64,000 bases of DNA, from contig NMRA01000182.1 in the NCBI GenBank assembly GCA_002633005.1, forward strand, positions 693,198 through 757,197. The letters are read 5' to 3'. Numbering within the stretch: the stretch's first letter is position 1; each line of letters begins with the position of its first letter. The stretch is from Phoronis australis (lineage: Eukaryota > Animalia > Phoronida). Position numbers and translations under genes: made by a program. The notes below the pieces were generated by a model. That model was not told the origin of the DNA. It did no database searches and saw nothing but the letters and a program-made list of their open reading frames with translations. This document shows, in pieces, positions 1 through 13,864 of this stretch.

Positions 1-2189
1 GCCAAAACGAAAGTGTTTTGGTAAATAAAAACGACCTTTTTGAAACACACCAGCTGGCCTTAACAAAATAAAGCTGAGCCTGATGTTTTATGAGTTTCTC
101 AGTTTCTTAACCCTTTTTACTACAACTTTGTATTTTTTATTAAAAATCGCAAAAAGTACTAGGAAGCGGGTGCCTTTTCGTCGGCAACATCACATCATCG
201 TTTCGCACTATAGCAAGTTATGATATAGCAAGAATGAAGTATAATAAAATCTTGTTTGAACGGAATTATTGATATTTTATGTTATCCTACAAAAATGTCA
301 TTTTCACTTCTTATTTCAAAGCCATTTTTACTCATTTTGTCGCTTTCGCAAATTTATATAAAAAATCATTGGAACATGAGTTAACTTCCACCTGTTACTG
401 CTGATGTTGTTGATCCTATCGCAAGTAAAAAAAACTGGTGTCTTTCATAGTTTTTGTATAGTTAGTTTTTTCCATAACCCACTTAGTCAGTTTTCTGTCA
501 ATCTGTGACTCTCAGATTAAAAGGCTGTAGGTGGCGCTACTCGATTGTGCACTTATTTATTGAGCAAGATGCCAAACAAACAAATATCATTCGTACTACT
601 ATATCAGTGACCAAGAAAACCATGTGAAGCTGTCCGTGAGAATTTTTCTTCACGGATTTTCAGTTTTGGGGGTGCAACAGTAAAAATCTATTATAGGATT
701 AAATAGCTTACAAAAGTCAGTTGTAATATACAGATGAATTGCTACACCTATCACCATCTCATACTTCAGAGAAGCAGGTTTTTTTGCTTAGTGGTCAGTT
801 TTCGAACACCGCAATGGACTAAGAATCCCACGCACTTCTTACAGTGCATGCCGGTTAATTTTGGGACCTCCTGGACAAAATCCTGGGTCTGCACTTGAAA
901 AGGTCCGCTCCAACTATTAGCAAAGTTCATGCTAAAATTAATCAAGGTTTTTGAGAGCACAAGCGAAAATAGATAAATGTGGGTACAAGCAGATGGATAG
1001 TGTTGTTACACCATAGACTATAGATAGGGACTGCCAACTCCCGCTAGAGGGCGTTGAGCATGTCACGGTGCAATGGACATAAGCACCAACGATAAGAGGA
1101 CGCTGCACACGCAGGATAGAAAACTTCCGGTTTTTACGGAAGATTTAGTTAATGAGTAGAATTGCTAGATTTTTGAAGTTCATAAGACTTGTAAAAATAA
1201 AATGCGTATATTGTTCTCTGTCATGTCATTTAAAACATTCACAAGATGATTCAGACATGTTATGAGTTATTAACACCAGAAACGTCTTCAGCTGATTTTC
1301 CCGTGTTTACACATACAGTCGCATCAGCTGATTTCTTTTGCTGAAAGTAATATTAGTGTTTGTTAAATTCAGTACCGTACGAATCAGCTCGTAATCATAA
1401 GTACAAGTATTAACCAACAAAAATGAATTTGTAACAATGTTACACAAAAATATTTGTGTAATTCGCACAGCTTAGTTGTTCCAGGGGGAGGGATAAAAGC
1501 TCACTGACATTGACATATCATTTGCAAAAACTTGCTGTCACTAGTATCAGAGGCCAAAAGTACGTTGTAGGGAAACTTCTAAATATATTTATGATTATGC
1601 GAAATGGGGCTATTCGGTAAATCTGCAATAACTAGAGGGCGTGAGTGTACTAGTGGTGATAGATTAACAGCCTCGATTTCACGAGCCCTTTAAATACATG
1701 GTGAAATGGCTTGCATCCGTGCCAACTGAATCTGAGATTGCGTAAAAAGGGTGCTTCTATGAGAGGAAGTAAGCACGACCTCATACAAAGGTAAGGTTTG
1801 GGATTATTTTAACGATTATTCCATGATTATTCTACCGATACCTGTTAACTGAGGCACTCGCCGATGTCGACTTCGCGGCAGTCAGTCGCCAGTCAGAGTC
1901 TGGTTAATCTTTGTACGTTGTGATATGTGATACAATACTTGACGTAGCAATCGAGATCTTTTCGTACATCAAAGCATTATTATTGTTTGGAATGATTTCT
2001 AAAAGTTTATCAGTGACAGTTACATCAATCAATGCTGAATGTTNGCAGTAATATGGCTTAGCGCGACGACGTATTTTGATAAAAATCCCATCTTTTACCA
2101 GTTGTTTACATGCAGACAGCCACGCATGCGCAATTCAATCACCACTAGTACAGCAGCGACACCGCGAGGAGAATTCTCCGAATAGCCCC

Positions 2190-2579
2190 ATTGTTTCGAT
2201 ACACGGCACAATCTTTATTCCATTCCGTTCGCATCCTCGGAACAAAGTTTGACACTCAACAGAACATCGGTAAAGAAACTGACCAAGAGACATGATTAAA
2301 AGACAAACGATATTTTGAAACATTCTAGTTTCATTATCAAGTGGAAACAAAATGACGCAGTAATACCACCACAGAGTAAGAGCTAGTCAAATACCCAATG
2401 GTACAAAGCAGGTGTGGAATACTGCAAAGACTGACAAATGGAGAGGGTAACAAGAACATCGCGCAAACAAGTGCTGCATGACCCCTTTTGCTGCTCATTC
2501 AAAACAGGCTTCTCGAATGCAATCAAAAGAGACTCCAATACTCTCAATCGCAGCACACCGTGCTCTCCATGTCGACTCA
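2190..2579 (-). mobile_element. Penelope-like element 3' fragment (GIY-YIG C-terminus + pLTR), interrupted by the element at 2582
   Basis: LRLRVLESLLIAFEKPVLNEQQ; matches 24.85-25.2 kb; homology resumes briefly after 4559. Confidence 0.8.
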
Positions 2580-2581
2580 AT

Positions 2582-4557
2582 AGCGGAGTTGCAACGCCGC
2601 CATATTAGAAATGGGTCAGAATGTTGCATTGTGGTCTTAAGCCGGTAAAAAAGTACGTCAGCAACCGTGGGGGCGAACCGGCCTCAGGGAGGTTATACGT
2701 GTTGTGTGCCTGGCATGCTATAATACCAGTTAGCGAGATAAAACATTTAGTTACTACCTGTTTCCCAAGTATCAAGAACTGCGTTAAACATGGGTCAGAG
2801 ACATCGGTAGAGCTGTTAGCAAAGGCCGACTTCGTGAATTCTTTCCGACTTCGTAGCATAAAGTATGCAGCGCTCATTTTGAGGGCGGCAAGAAAACGTA
2901 TCTTGGAAACTGCCCAACAATATCTCCCTTCAAAGAAACAGTAACAAATACTCCACGGCGGTTGGTAGTGAAAAAAAAAAACTTTCACTTGACAAGAACC
3001 AAGCCAACATGAGCAATTTTGAGGACAATGCCTCTGCACAATCACCTGTTCTGGGTCAACTCACTTAACATACGCACACTTTTTGCATTGACGCGCTAAG
3101 ATAAAGCGTGCAGAATATTATTATTTACTTTCCACAAAATTGGTGTGCATTGCTATCAAAATTCGTTGTTAAATTACGATCATTTTTCATAAAAGGGCGA
3201 AATCTTGCCGACAAATGCGTAATCGTCGATAGGGCTGGAATTATTGAATAAGAATACAGCTTCGACTCAACGAATTACCTGAAATCCTCCTCAAGTTTTC
3301 CAAATAGCTTGTCTAAGATTTTTAAGTTCTTGTGGAGTCTGGGTTAACTGCAGATTAAGTCCAAATCTGCGCTAGATTGTAGCCCGCAACACGAGAAAAT
3401 CTCTGCACGAACACACATGTCGTTGTCACGTGACGTTTGTTTTGAAGTTTGTATGCGTGTTTGTGAGAGTAAGCGTGCGTGTGCTTGTCATCAGAGTTCA
3501 TTTGCCAGAGTAAATGCGATGTAATGATCTAGGTGTGCATTGTATCCAAAACAATTAACTCAAGCAGTCAAGCAGAGGGTGTTTTAATATTCAGCTTAGC
3601 ACTTGCTGGCCTCATCTGCTAAAAAACGTTCGAGAATTTTTTCGGTAAGACCGATATGTCACTCATTGAGTCGCCGGGTGAGTGGATGCGTGACCGTAGT
3701 GTAACAGCTATTTTTTTGAAGATTTGGGGTGTACATGTAAGGGTGCGAATGTATTCACTATCAGTGGGTCATTTTGACTTTAAAAACACCAATTAAGATT
3801 AGTTAAATAATTTCTCTTAAAAATAATGCAAAAGTTTTTTACGGTATTAGAAACTTTCGGAAATTAGTGCCAATATTTGTTTGGCGATGCTATGTTACCC
3901 GTTTCATGAATAGATAGTTCCCGACTAAACGTCTTCGATGACAGCTGGTACATTATGCAGCGCGCGCTTCTTGCCCGCGTGCTAACACAGGTCGAGTTTT
4001 TTATCAGTCTTCGATTCACGGTTTTCACGTGTAAAAAGAAGTTTGGATTCCTGTTGAGGCCGCAGAAGATCTGTACCGGAAAGAAACAATGCAATGCGGG
4101 TGACAAGTACGCTGCGTCTGTTTTCAAAGTCCAGACCCGCGTAGTGGGGCACAACCCTCGCAAGAGCAGCAAAACGTCTGCGTTCTTTTTGAATCGCGAC
4201 GTAAGTTTGAAGTGTATACGGACATAACGGTGAGGCTCGTGGTCTGCGAATTCAGGACCGTCGGATCTTTCAATTGATAAATTGGAGACGTTAGAACTGC
4301 AGGTAAGGGCATTTTTCGCATGTAGTTCATGGGCTGGGCGCTTTCTTTTGCAAAGTCTGAAAACGTGTTGGGGCATGAGCACTTATTAGGGCGAATAGCG
4401 GCAGAATTACATACAGCAGCGTAGTTTAATGCACATAAATCACACGTCATCCAAACCAATCGGCCATTCCATATACCCTAATCAATCCCAATAGCCTTTG
4501 CGCACCCTAATTTCCGGACATGCGCAATCGTTAAATCGATTCGGTTACAACTCCGCT
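2582..4557. mobile_element. Non-autonomous TIR DNA transposon with AT target duplication (ISL2EU/PIF-Harbinger-related)
   Basis: TIR AGCGGAGTTG(C/T)AAC at both ends, AT at 2580-2581 and 4558-4559; removing it restores the Penelope-like sequence. Confidence 0.75.
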
Positions 4558-4596
4558 ATTGACGTGTTCTTCACAGTTTTTTACAAGTGATACATA

Positions 4597-5447
4597 TAGA
4601 TTATTACATGGCGAAGTCGTTATCCCCGTTATCTAGAGCCCGAGTGGATTTTGGAGAATTATCGCCCGAGGGGAGTTAGCCCCGAGGGTGATAAATTCTC
4701 CAAAATCCACAAGGGCTCTAGATAAGGGGATAATGGCTGAGAACATGTAACAATCTATTTATACCACATACTAAACGAGAAACATTGCAATGAATCGATT
4801 TACCTTTTCTGACTCTCCACGGCTTTGTAACTACTTTCTGTGTCAGAGGCCCGGGGTCGGAGGTCGTTACCTTCTAAGAAAAGCCGGGCTATTTTTGTCA
4901 AATAATGCTTTTACTCAAAACCAATTGAAAACTTAAATATAATAGAAATAAATTGAATTTATAAATTAAGGTTTACCAACTATTATAGCTTAAAACACGT
5001 TTTTTTCACGCTAAGCTTCGACCGGGAGATTATCGTCTGCTAAAGTAGGTTACCACTGGTAACGGAATATAATTCTCAAGTCAAAGATCCTGAAGACACG
5101 ATACCCGCATTCAAAATGGAGATTGGTGATTTACCAGTAAGAGGACATGAGAGAAAAATTTCACTGAATTAAGATATCATTTTTATGGAAATTATGTGTC
5201 TTATTTTTTGTAGTGTATAAGTACAGTACAATGCGGTTTGTTGAACATGCGATTATTGCGCGTGCTCATTTAAGTATTCTATTTTCATTGTTGATGACGT
5301 CAGTCGCTGCATGGCGACCAGCAATTCCAGGGTCCCGGGTTCGACTCCGTCCTTGGTTTCCCGCCAAATCGTTATCTCACTAGTGAGATAACTTCATGGG
5401 TTATTACTCGGTTGTATCTGCCATTTGACGCTAATATTGTGGTATAA
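4597..5447. mobile_element. Non-autonomous element with 160-bp terminal hairpin (Crypton-like architecture)
   Basis: Imperfect inverted repeat 4597-4757, then TTATACCACA mirrored by TGTGGTATAA at 5438-5447; superfamily assignment tentative. Confidence 0.5.
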
Positions 5448-6218
5448 TTACGATTATGAAAAAAGTCATGCTCATTTTAGAGAAATGGACATTACGTCTT
5501 AAAAGACCTAATGTCCATTTCTCACTTTCCGTGTCTGAGCATCCTCTAAATAAAAAGGATAGGTTGTAAATATCACAAACACATAGAATATTTGTAAACT
5601 AATATGGAACTAAGAGTTTTATCTGAAACGTGATTTTTCAGAGTGAAATCNCCCCCCCCCCCCCCCAACACAAAATCCTGGATCCCCCTGGATATACATA
5701 TCATTAATATCAGATCAGTAACGGCCATTGTTGAAAGTTTATTCCCTTCTATACCTTATAGTATAAGTCACAAGAATTTACCGGTGAGTGAAAAATTTGT
5801 CAAGTGCTCCCAGTACTTCGATTTTTTGTTGAAACGGATATCAACAGAAAGAAGAAAGTTTAAATAATTCGCTGGCATACTTTTCATTTTCCACCACTTT
5901 GCATGCCAATAGATAAGAGCTTCTGAAAATCATGAAAAATGGCAGAATTTCGCTCTTGCAAAATTTTGGCCATATTAGTTTGATATGGCTCATATATTGT
6001 AGGCGTAGTGACGAATGAGAAACTACTACATTTAGGTGGAGCCAAAATTCCTACAAAATCACAAAATTCAAACTAAAGTTCATCGTTAGCGACTGAGAAT
6101 TCAACTAAATGAACAAAAATATTCAATTAACTCGACTTTTTCAATGGGACAAACTCCTCGATTCTTGTATTGAACTGTGCCAGCATTCGGGCCGATCAAC
6201 AACAACTTGTCAAGTTGA

Positions 6219-7892
6219 AGGAGCATGCCACACAAAAAACAGCCTATTAATTTATATCAATTTAGACCGAGTAGATCTACTCCATAACGACACGTACGGT
6301 TGCGTTACCTGACACCTGACGGCAGACGGAGGTGTTGAAATTATCCAATGACGTCATCGGTTTCACTCGCAGTCTGTTCAGCAGTTCACAACACGGGTTA
6401 CTGGTGTCAGCTTATCGCTTAAAGTCATCGTTTAACACCAATAAATCATCAAACTTCGATGTAAAACCCTTAAACACACACCGAATTCTTATGAAAACGT
6501 GTTTTATTTCGCTCTTACGGATTTATTGGTATTTGGACACACCGTAGCCTATAGTTTTCCAGGCCAATAAGGTCCGTAGCAGGAGTTTAGGGTCGGAATA
6601 GATAATTTCGAAGTATTTTTCTTGAGATACAGACAGGAGAACCTAGATCTGTATTGTTTAGACTTGTGATTTTTTGAGTTCTAAACACAAAACGCTTGTT
6701 ATCCTGGCCAGTGGCTCGGAGCCCGACTCCGTCGCGGCCGGCCGGATTGACTCGTTATCCCGAGCGGGCTAGTGGCTCGGAAAGGCTGATCAGACATCAC
6801 GAATATAAACCAGCCAATGTTCAGTGGAAACTAAACTTCCAGTCAAGAAAATACTATACTAGTGATCCAAAGATATGTGCATGTGATTATGTAGGTGAAT
6901 TACCACGAAACTGCAAATCTACTTACTCGTCGGGGCCGCGAATTCAGGTTCTGCTTTGGCCACAGCACCGTCAGGGCAGAAGTTGTACATTGACAATCAT
7001 TATTTGAGTAATGTAAATGTAAATAAAGATTCCCCTAACACCTGGCCGTGGGATGGAAATCGAGTTGTTTCACAACAGTTTCTGCCAGCAAACACTAAAT
7101 TAGCTGAGCTCACACGACCCGGTGTCCCGTCAATTAGTTTTATTGCACCGGCCTAAAGCCGGTAACGCAGTGATTTATTCATTGCGGGCTTCTCAAATCA
7201 TTTGCACTCACGAACACTCCAAAGGCATTAAAAATTGGATCCAATGAGACAGACTTTGTTTCAGTTTTATATAAGTATTGGTTAGGTGAGAATAATTCAT
7301 TTTGAAACAGAAAGCTCAGTAATAAACGCCAACATGGCAATTCGCAATCCCTACTTAGGACGAGCTAGAGCTCATCAGTCCCGACTTCGCAGGTGGATCG
7401 TTAAGTTTTACAGGCTATCAATTCGAACAGGAATACAGTGATGAAGAAATACTAGAGAGGCGCCGTGAACAAGCTCAGACAACGGAACGTATGGAGTTAT
7501 TTGGTAAGCCGGTATTCGTCTGGCACTGTCGACGTCTGCAGGCCACAGACACGGAAATGTTTCACGGCCTCATACTTGCTATTTACAGCGTACATTTCAT
7601 TCTTCACTACCATGAGCCACTTACTAAGCATTTCGAACTCTCGAGAAAGTAAAAAACGATATATCCACTTTCCTCGCAACTGCTTAGTTCGGACAAGCGG
7701 GAACGATGCACCGCAACATAGCGGCATTCACTCTGCATATGAACTACTGACGTCGCTAGCGTCGTTTCTCACCTTCCTCACAGGTTAACGCGACACCTAT
7801 TGGCAAGGTAAAGTCGACCGTATGCGAGGCGATGTAGATATAGACCGATTAAGACGGCAAAAAATACTAATTAAATCGGGTGGCATTCTCCT
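6219..7892 (+). mobile_element. Kolobok-type non-autonomous DNA transposon, copy 1
   Basis: TIRs AGGAGCATGCCAC...GTGGCATTCTCCT, flanks TTGA/TTAA; KolX-like GYQFEQEYSDEE on +, THAP-like remnant on -. Confidence 0.8.
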
Positions 7893-9514
7893 TTAAGAAA
7901 ATGGCGCTCCTACACGCCAAATGTGGAAATTGGTGTACATGTACGATGAGTTATTCTCGCAACGAACCTTGCGGTCTGTTTTATGTGAAATTTAGTAGTT
8001 CCTCCAGTTAGAAGTCGTAGCAACAGTTGGATAATCTTTGAAGTTTAGCGGTGGCAATTTTCGTGGTTTTCGTCATAGAAACTAACCACTCCCAGTTATT
8101 CCTGGGAGTTACATTCTTGGCAATAAGTCGGACATCTGTCAAAGTTCTGTCCGGGAATCCAATTGCAGAGTCATTTGACATACTTCATCAAGATACTGGT
8201 TTATATGCATTGGAATGAATTACTTTCTGCAGGTATTGATGCATAATTAGACGATAGCAATAAGTTGAAAACACCTCCGGCTCATGACGAGTTCGGAGAG
8301 TCATGCGAAACTCGAGTATGACGAGTCCGTACAGATATTTTGAGAATAGGTGTCATAAGTTGCTACATAACTTAAACTAGAGTTACAAATATCAAACTTA
8401 CTTCTGGCATGGGCGTTGTCTATGCTTACATGGTGGTACGCAAACACAAACAATACCCAAACAAAAACAAATGTAAACAATCAGTTAAATCTCTTGAGCC
8501 TAGTCAGTATAGGGACCTTATTAAAGTAATTAAGGTCACATCCAACAACTACTCTTCCGCTGAGTGCATGCTAACAGTTTCATTGCAAAACGTCATGTGT
8601 AACGAGTTAAAAGATCTCCTATAGAAGGCCTTGTCGGGGAAATTTTGTCAACTTTGCTCATGACAACGCAAAATAGGGGCGACCATGGGGAGAGATATGA
8701 GTGGTGACCATTTGGGGAGAAATAATCTTAGCCACTGATGGTCGTGAATAACATTAAAATCTTCAGTCACTTTTGACAGGCGCTTTTTTGGTTTATGTTC
8801 AGTCTGAGACTCGTTTGGTACACCTTTCGTCAAAGCGTACTTTTTACACGATTGATTCTAAGGTATTACTTCTACTGAGATTTTTCAAACAAGTGATTGA
8901 TTATTTTGAGAACTGTCTAGTATCTTAAACATGAGTATTGAGAAAAATAAGATGATCTTTGTGTTCCAGTACACTTGTTTTCTTCAAACAAAATGCAGTT
9001 TTTTGACTTGTGTAGAAATGGATCATACACTAAACCTAGCACAACTTCAAGAAACTGTGGTTTTGAGTCGCATGAACGGAACATACATATTGTGGAATTT
9101 TTAGCAGTCGCTGCAACACCAAATAGTTTAGATACTGGTTTGGGAAGCTGGTAACTTGGATACCACTCAAAGTATTATGTTTTCAACCGTAAATATGCGT
9201 ATCTGTCATTTTCGGAAACCGCAAATTCCAGTGCGGCACGTACCACCATGCTCGACCGCTTTTGTATAGTAGAAGAAGCATGGCGCTACTCCTTTGCATA
9301 TGTAATCGTAGATACTCCTAAAGAGATTCGCGACTTCGTGACGCAAAAGTACGTGAGCAGGATTCAAAACTTCCGGTCTCATGGCTAAGCATAGTAACGA
9401 AGGTAAACTTTGGTTTTTATTTCGCGCACATCAAGCACATTTTTGAGTTTGAAACTAATTTGTTGTGTTTAATGCAAACTAAATCGCAAATGCTAGGAAA
9501 CCTGTCGGAATTAA

Positions 9515-11201
9515 AGGAGAATGCCACCCGATTTAATTAGTTTTTTTGCCGTCTTAATCGGTCTAAATCCACATCGTCTCGCATACGGTCGACCTTACCT
9601 TGCCAAGAGGTGTCGCGTTAACCTGTGAGGATGGTGAGAAACGACGCTAGGGACGTCAGTTGTTCATATGCAGATTGAATGCCGCTATGTTGCGGTGCAT
9701 CGTTTCGGCTTGTCCGAACAAAGCAGTTGCGAGGAAAGTGGATATATCGTTTTTTTTTACTTTCTCGAGAGTCCGAAATGCTTAGGAAGTGGCTCATGGT
9801 AGTGAAGAATAAAATGCACGCTGTAAATAGCAAGTATGAGGCCGTGAAACATCTCCGTGACTTTGGCCTGCAGACGTCGACAGTGCCAGACGAATACCGG
9901 CTTACCAAATAACTCCATACATGTACGTTCCGTTGTTTGAGCTTGTTCACGGCGCCTCTCTAGTATTTCTTCGTCACTGTATTCCTGTTCGAATTGATAG
10001 CCTGTAAAACTTAACGATCCACTTGCGAAGTCGGGACTGATGAGCTCTAGCTCGTCCTAAGTAGGGATTGCGAATTGCCATGTTGGCGTTTATTACTGAG
10101 CTTTCTGTTTCAAAATGAATTATTCTCACCTAACCAATACTTATATAAAACTGAAACAAAGTCTGTCTCATTGGATCCAATTTTTAATGCCTTTGGAGTG
10201 TTCGTGAGTGCAAATGATTTGAGAAGCCCGCAATGAATAAATCACTGCGTTACCGGCTTTAGGCCGGTGCAATAAAACTAATTGACGGGACACCGGGTCG
10301 TGTGAGCTCAGCTAATTTAGTGTTTGCTGGCAGAAACTGTTGTGAAACAACTCGATTTCCATCCCACGGCCAGGTGTTAGGGGAATCTTTATTTACATTT
10401 ACAGTACTCAAATAATGATTGTCAATGTACAACTTCTGCCCTGACGGTGCTGTGGCCAAAGCAGAACCTGAATTCGCGGCCCCGACGAGTAAGTAGATTT
10501 GCAGTTTCGTGGTAATTCACCAACATAATCACATGCACATATCTTTGGATCACTAGTATAGTATTTTCTTGACTGGAAGTTTAGTTTCCACTGAACTTTG
10601 GCTGGTTTATGTTCGTGATGTCTGATCAGCCTTTCCGAGCCACTAGCCCGCTCGGGATAACGAGTCAATCCGGCCGGCCGCGATGGAGTCGGGCTCGGAG
10701 CCACTGGCCAGGATAACAAACGTTTTGTGTTTAGAACTCAAAAAATCACAAGTCTAAACAACACCGATCTAGGTTCTCATGTCTGTATCTCACGAAAAAT
10801 ACTTCGAAATTATCTCCGAACAGACCCCAATCTCCTGCTACCGACCTTATTGGTCTGCCGAACTTTCTAGGCTACGGTGTGTCCAAATACCAATAAATCC
10901 TTCAGAGCGAAATAAAACAACACGTTTTTATAAGAGCTCGGTGTATTTTTAAGGGTTTTACATCGAATTTTGATGATGTATTGGTGTTAAACGATGACTT
11001 CAAGCGATAAGCTAAAACCAGTAACCCGTGTTGTGAACTGCTGAACAGACATGGGTGTGAAACCGATGACGTCATTGGATGATTTCAACACCTCCGTCTG
11101 CCGTCAGGTGTCAGATAACGCAACCGTACGTGTCGTTATGGAGTCGAACTACTGGATCTTAATTGATTCTAATTGGGTTGTTTTTTGGGTGGCATGCTCC
11201 T
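9515..11201 (-). mobile_element. Kolobok-type element, copy 2 (inverted relative to copy 1)
   Basis: TTAA at 9511-9514 and 11202-11205; full-length similarity to copy 1. Confidence 0.85.
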
Positions 11202-11356
11202 TTAAATTTCTCCTCTGCCAGTTCACGTCTTTTCTTAGTGGTACTAACTCTTTCAATCTCAGTGACAAAATGGCACATATTTTGTACATACAATCTTTCA
11301 ACTCCAAGCGCAGATGGGGTGGGGATTTGTTTATTTGTCCCTAATGGATTTATGGC

Positions 11357-12375
11357 GGAAAAGGTTCAGCCCTTGCATACGTGATAGGATATAGATGGAC
11401 GACAACAACAACAAAACTGTTGCAGCTACTAATACTACTAACCCCAATCATAAACAGACTAAAGATGCCATATCTCATTAAATTGTGAATATGCAAATGA
11501 ACCACCATCCGAAGGTAAACTGATGCGAAGGTTCATTACTCCGAAGGCTCACCACTCCGAAGGTTCACTATTCCGAAGGTTCAACACCTTCGAAAGTTCA
11601 CTTCTTCGATTGTCCACAATTCCTAATCCAGAACTCCGACGGTTCACTTCTCTGATTGTATACTAATGAGTCAGAACTGACATGAATAAAGTATTATATT
11701 TGTGTCCATTAAGGAACCATTTAAAGGGTGTGCAAGAGCTGAATAATTCCTAAAACATTGATCACATTGTTTAACATAGAACTCAGTTCCAATCACTGCC
11801 AATCGTGATTCTTGAATCTAACCAAAAACTCATTCTCAATTAGGGACAACATCTGGGGAACGGACCCGCGCTGCGGCGACCAACTGCGGTTTTAAAATTT
11901 CAGAAAACTTGTTGAGACTTTCGTGAAGAGTTTCTGGGACAGGAGAGCCTACTAACTACATTTAGTTTCGACCCGACCGTGCGAGTAGTTCCGGTGGGTG
12001 ACCATGAGAGGCAGAGGCCGAAAATGTTTCAGTCGCGCTGTGAGATGGTGCAACCTTGACATGGATTTGATGAATGTATCGTGGTTGATAATTAATCAAT
12101 ATACCTACTTCATATTCTTTTAGAAATGCAAGAACCCACTCAGTTTTACGTATTTGAAAGACATGTGGGTAATTTCGCATGCACTTGAAATCAAAACAAC
12201 GTGATTTATTGTTTAGGAGTTGTTTACGGTATAGTTTCACCTAATGATCGTAATGTCGTTTGCTTTTGTATCTAAAACTATAACAGCTACACCTGAATCA
12301 GAAACTTAAGATATTTTCGGAGTAGTGAACCTTTGGAATAGTAAACCCTCGGATAATAGCCTGTTCCCATTTCCA
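11357..12375. repeat. Left arm of an old inverted duplication, with 15-bp CCGAAGGTTCACTAY arrays
   Basis: Reverse-complement similarity to 13865-15083; arrays at about 11510-11650 and 12320-12350. Confidence 0.75.
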
Positions 12376-13012
12376 GCAATGTAAGAAATGAATAACACAC
12401 AAAATGAAATCACATAAGAACTCACGTCAATTTAGTATCCCTCAGGGCCATGCCGAAAACTCCAGTGTCGACCTTTGAAAAATATCAAAGTCCACATTTC
12501 CTAGAAATTCGAACCTCCCCCGCGCAATGCTGGCTACGGGCCTCAGTTCCTCTACTTTCCCATTTTCCTGTTTAAGTCCTTGTTGTCCGTCTTTCAAATT
12601 TGAGTCATCCCCGTAGCCCAACAGGTAGATATCGCCACCAGTTTTCCCCGACATCTATCTTCTGAGCTGTCAAAGCTCAACTGACACGCACTGGCTTTGG
12701 GTGTGATATCAACAACTTCTTGAATAATTCCGGTTTATTTTTGATTCTAATGGATCTTCGCCAAATTTCATTCCGATATGCATGAACGCTCACATGAATC
12801 TAAAACTTTTTGTGTCGAAAAGTATGTATCCGATCCCCCAAAACTTCTCAATGTCGTTCGTTACGGTGTTGTAGTGGGTAACAGTTCTGCCTCATCTTGA
12901 AACAGTAAGAGCGCCATATAGTCTAAGGGAACGTATCATCTGCTATCATTCTATTTAACTTAACCCAGGTGTTTGACTTACCTACTGTTTTCAAAACATC
13001 GATCACGCATGG

Positions 13013-13228
13013 CAGTGGCAGATCTACATTTTCAGTAAGGGGGGTTTAGGATTCCAGTGAATCCGAGGCACGTAGCGCCGAGCGGAAGGAAGGGGAGAAA
13101 CATTTTTTGTGGTTTTTTTTTTTGTAGCTGATTTCATTTTTCTGGAGGGAATTTATTTCAAATTTTTATTTTTAATCCTGTCCCGATGGGGGTTGAACCC
13201 CCTAAATCCCCCTGTAGATCCGCCTCTG
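13013..13228. mobile_element. MITE with CAG..CTG ends and 5-bp TSD (hAT5-like)
   Basis: TIR CAGTGGCAGATCTAC/GTAGATCCGCCTCTG, TSD CATGG. Confidence 0.75.
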
Positions 13229-13864
13229 CATGGTTTAACTTCTCAAATTCTTATACTGCACTGTATTCTCGTGGTAATTCTGTCTCTATACCCCTTTTGC
13301 ACTCATTTTATTCGATGTATTCTTATCTTTCCCTTCTTGTTCTTCTTTTGACTACTTCATAAAAGAACTCTTGTGCTCAAACTCTTTCCCTCTCATATAT
13401 ATCTTTTGCTTGAACTGGTTTCGCAGCCCTCCTCCAAAACAGTGATGCGCAGGACCGTAGCCAGCATTGCGCGGGGAGTGGTTCGAATTTCTAGAAAGGT
13501 AGACCTTTTGCACTCGAGGTTTTGGTAAGGCGCTTGATGCAGTTTAATTATGGGGAAGGGAACTCTATATCTACGACAACGATGGCCCTCAGCTCTATGT
13601 TTCTGAGATAAGACGGAATTTGTAATACCAGAAATGAGTATGTCGCGACGGTTGCTCGCAAACAACAGGTATCAAATTCGGACGTAAAGTGATCCGTAAA
13701 TATAGCCTATCGTTCTCGCGTTACCTCATGCCAAACTTTCAAATCGCGCTTTTTTAAATGAGTGATTACAACTCATTACATACTCGCAAAGAAATATTTA
13801 GTGGGAGAATGCCTGACGTAATTTTTTCATCTGATTGTATTTTTGATGAAAGTTCCTTACATGG

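Noticed and set aside
6696-7156. Recurrent 103-aa and 66-aa ORFs (also 10259-10719, 22925-23188)
   Set aside because: Non-ATG starts, frames broken in copy 3; they recur only because the transposon is repeated.
10034-10057. CTGATGAG hairpin in the Kolobok copies as a hammerhead
   Set aside because: No GAAA after stem II, and the motif is partly deleted in copy 3.
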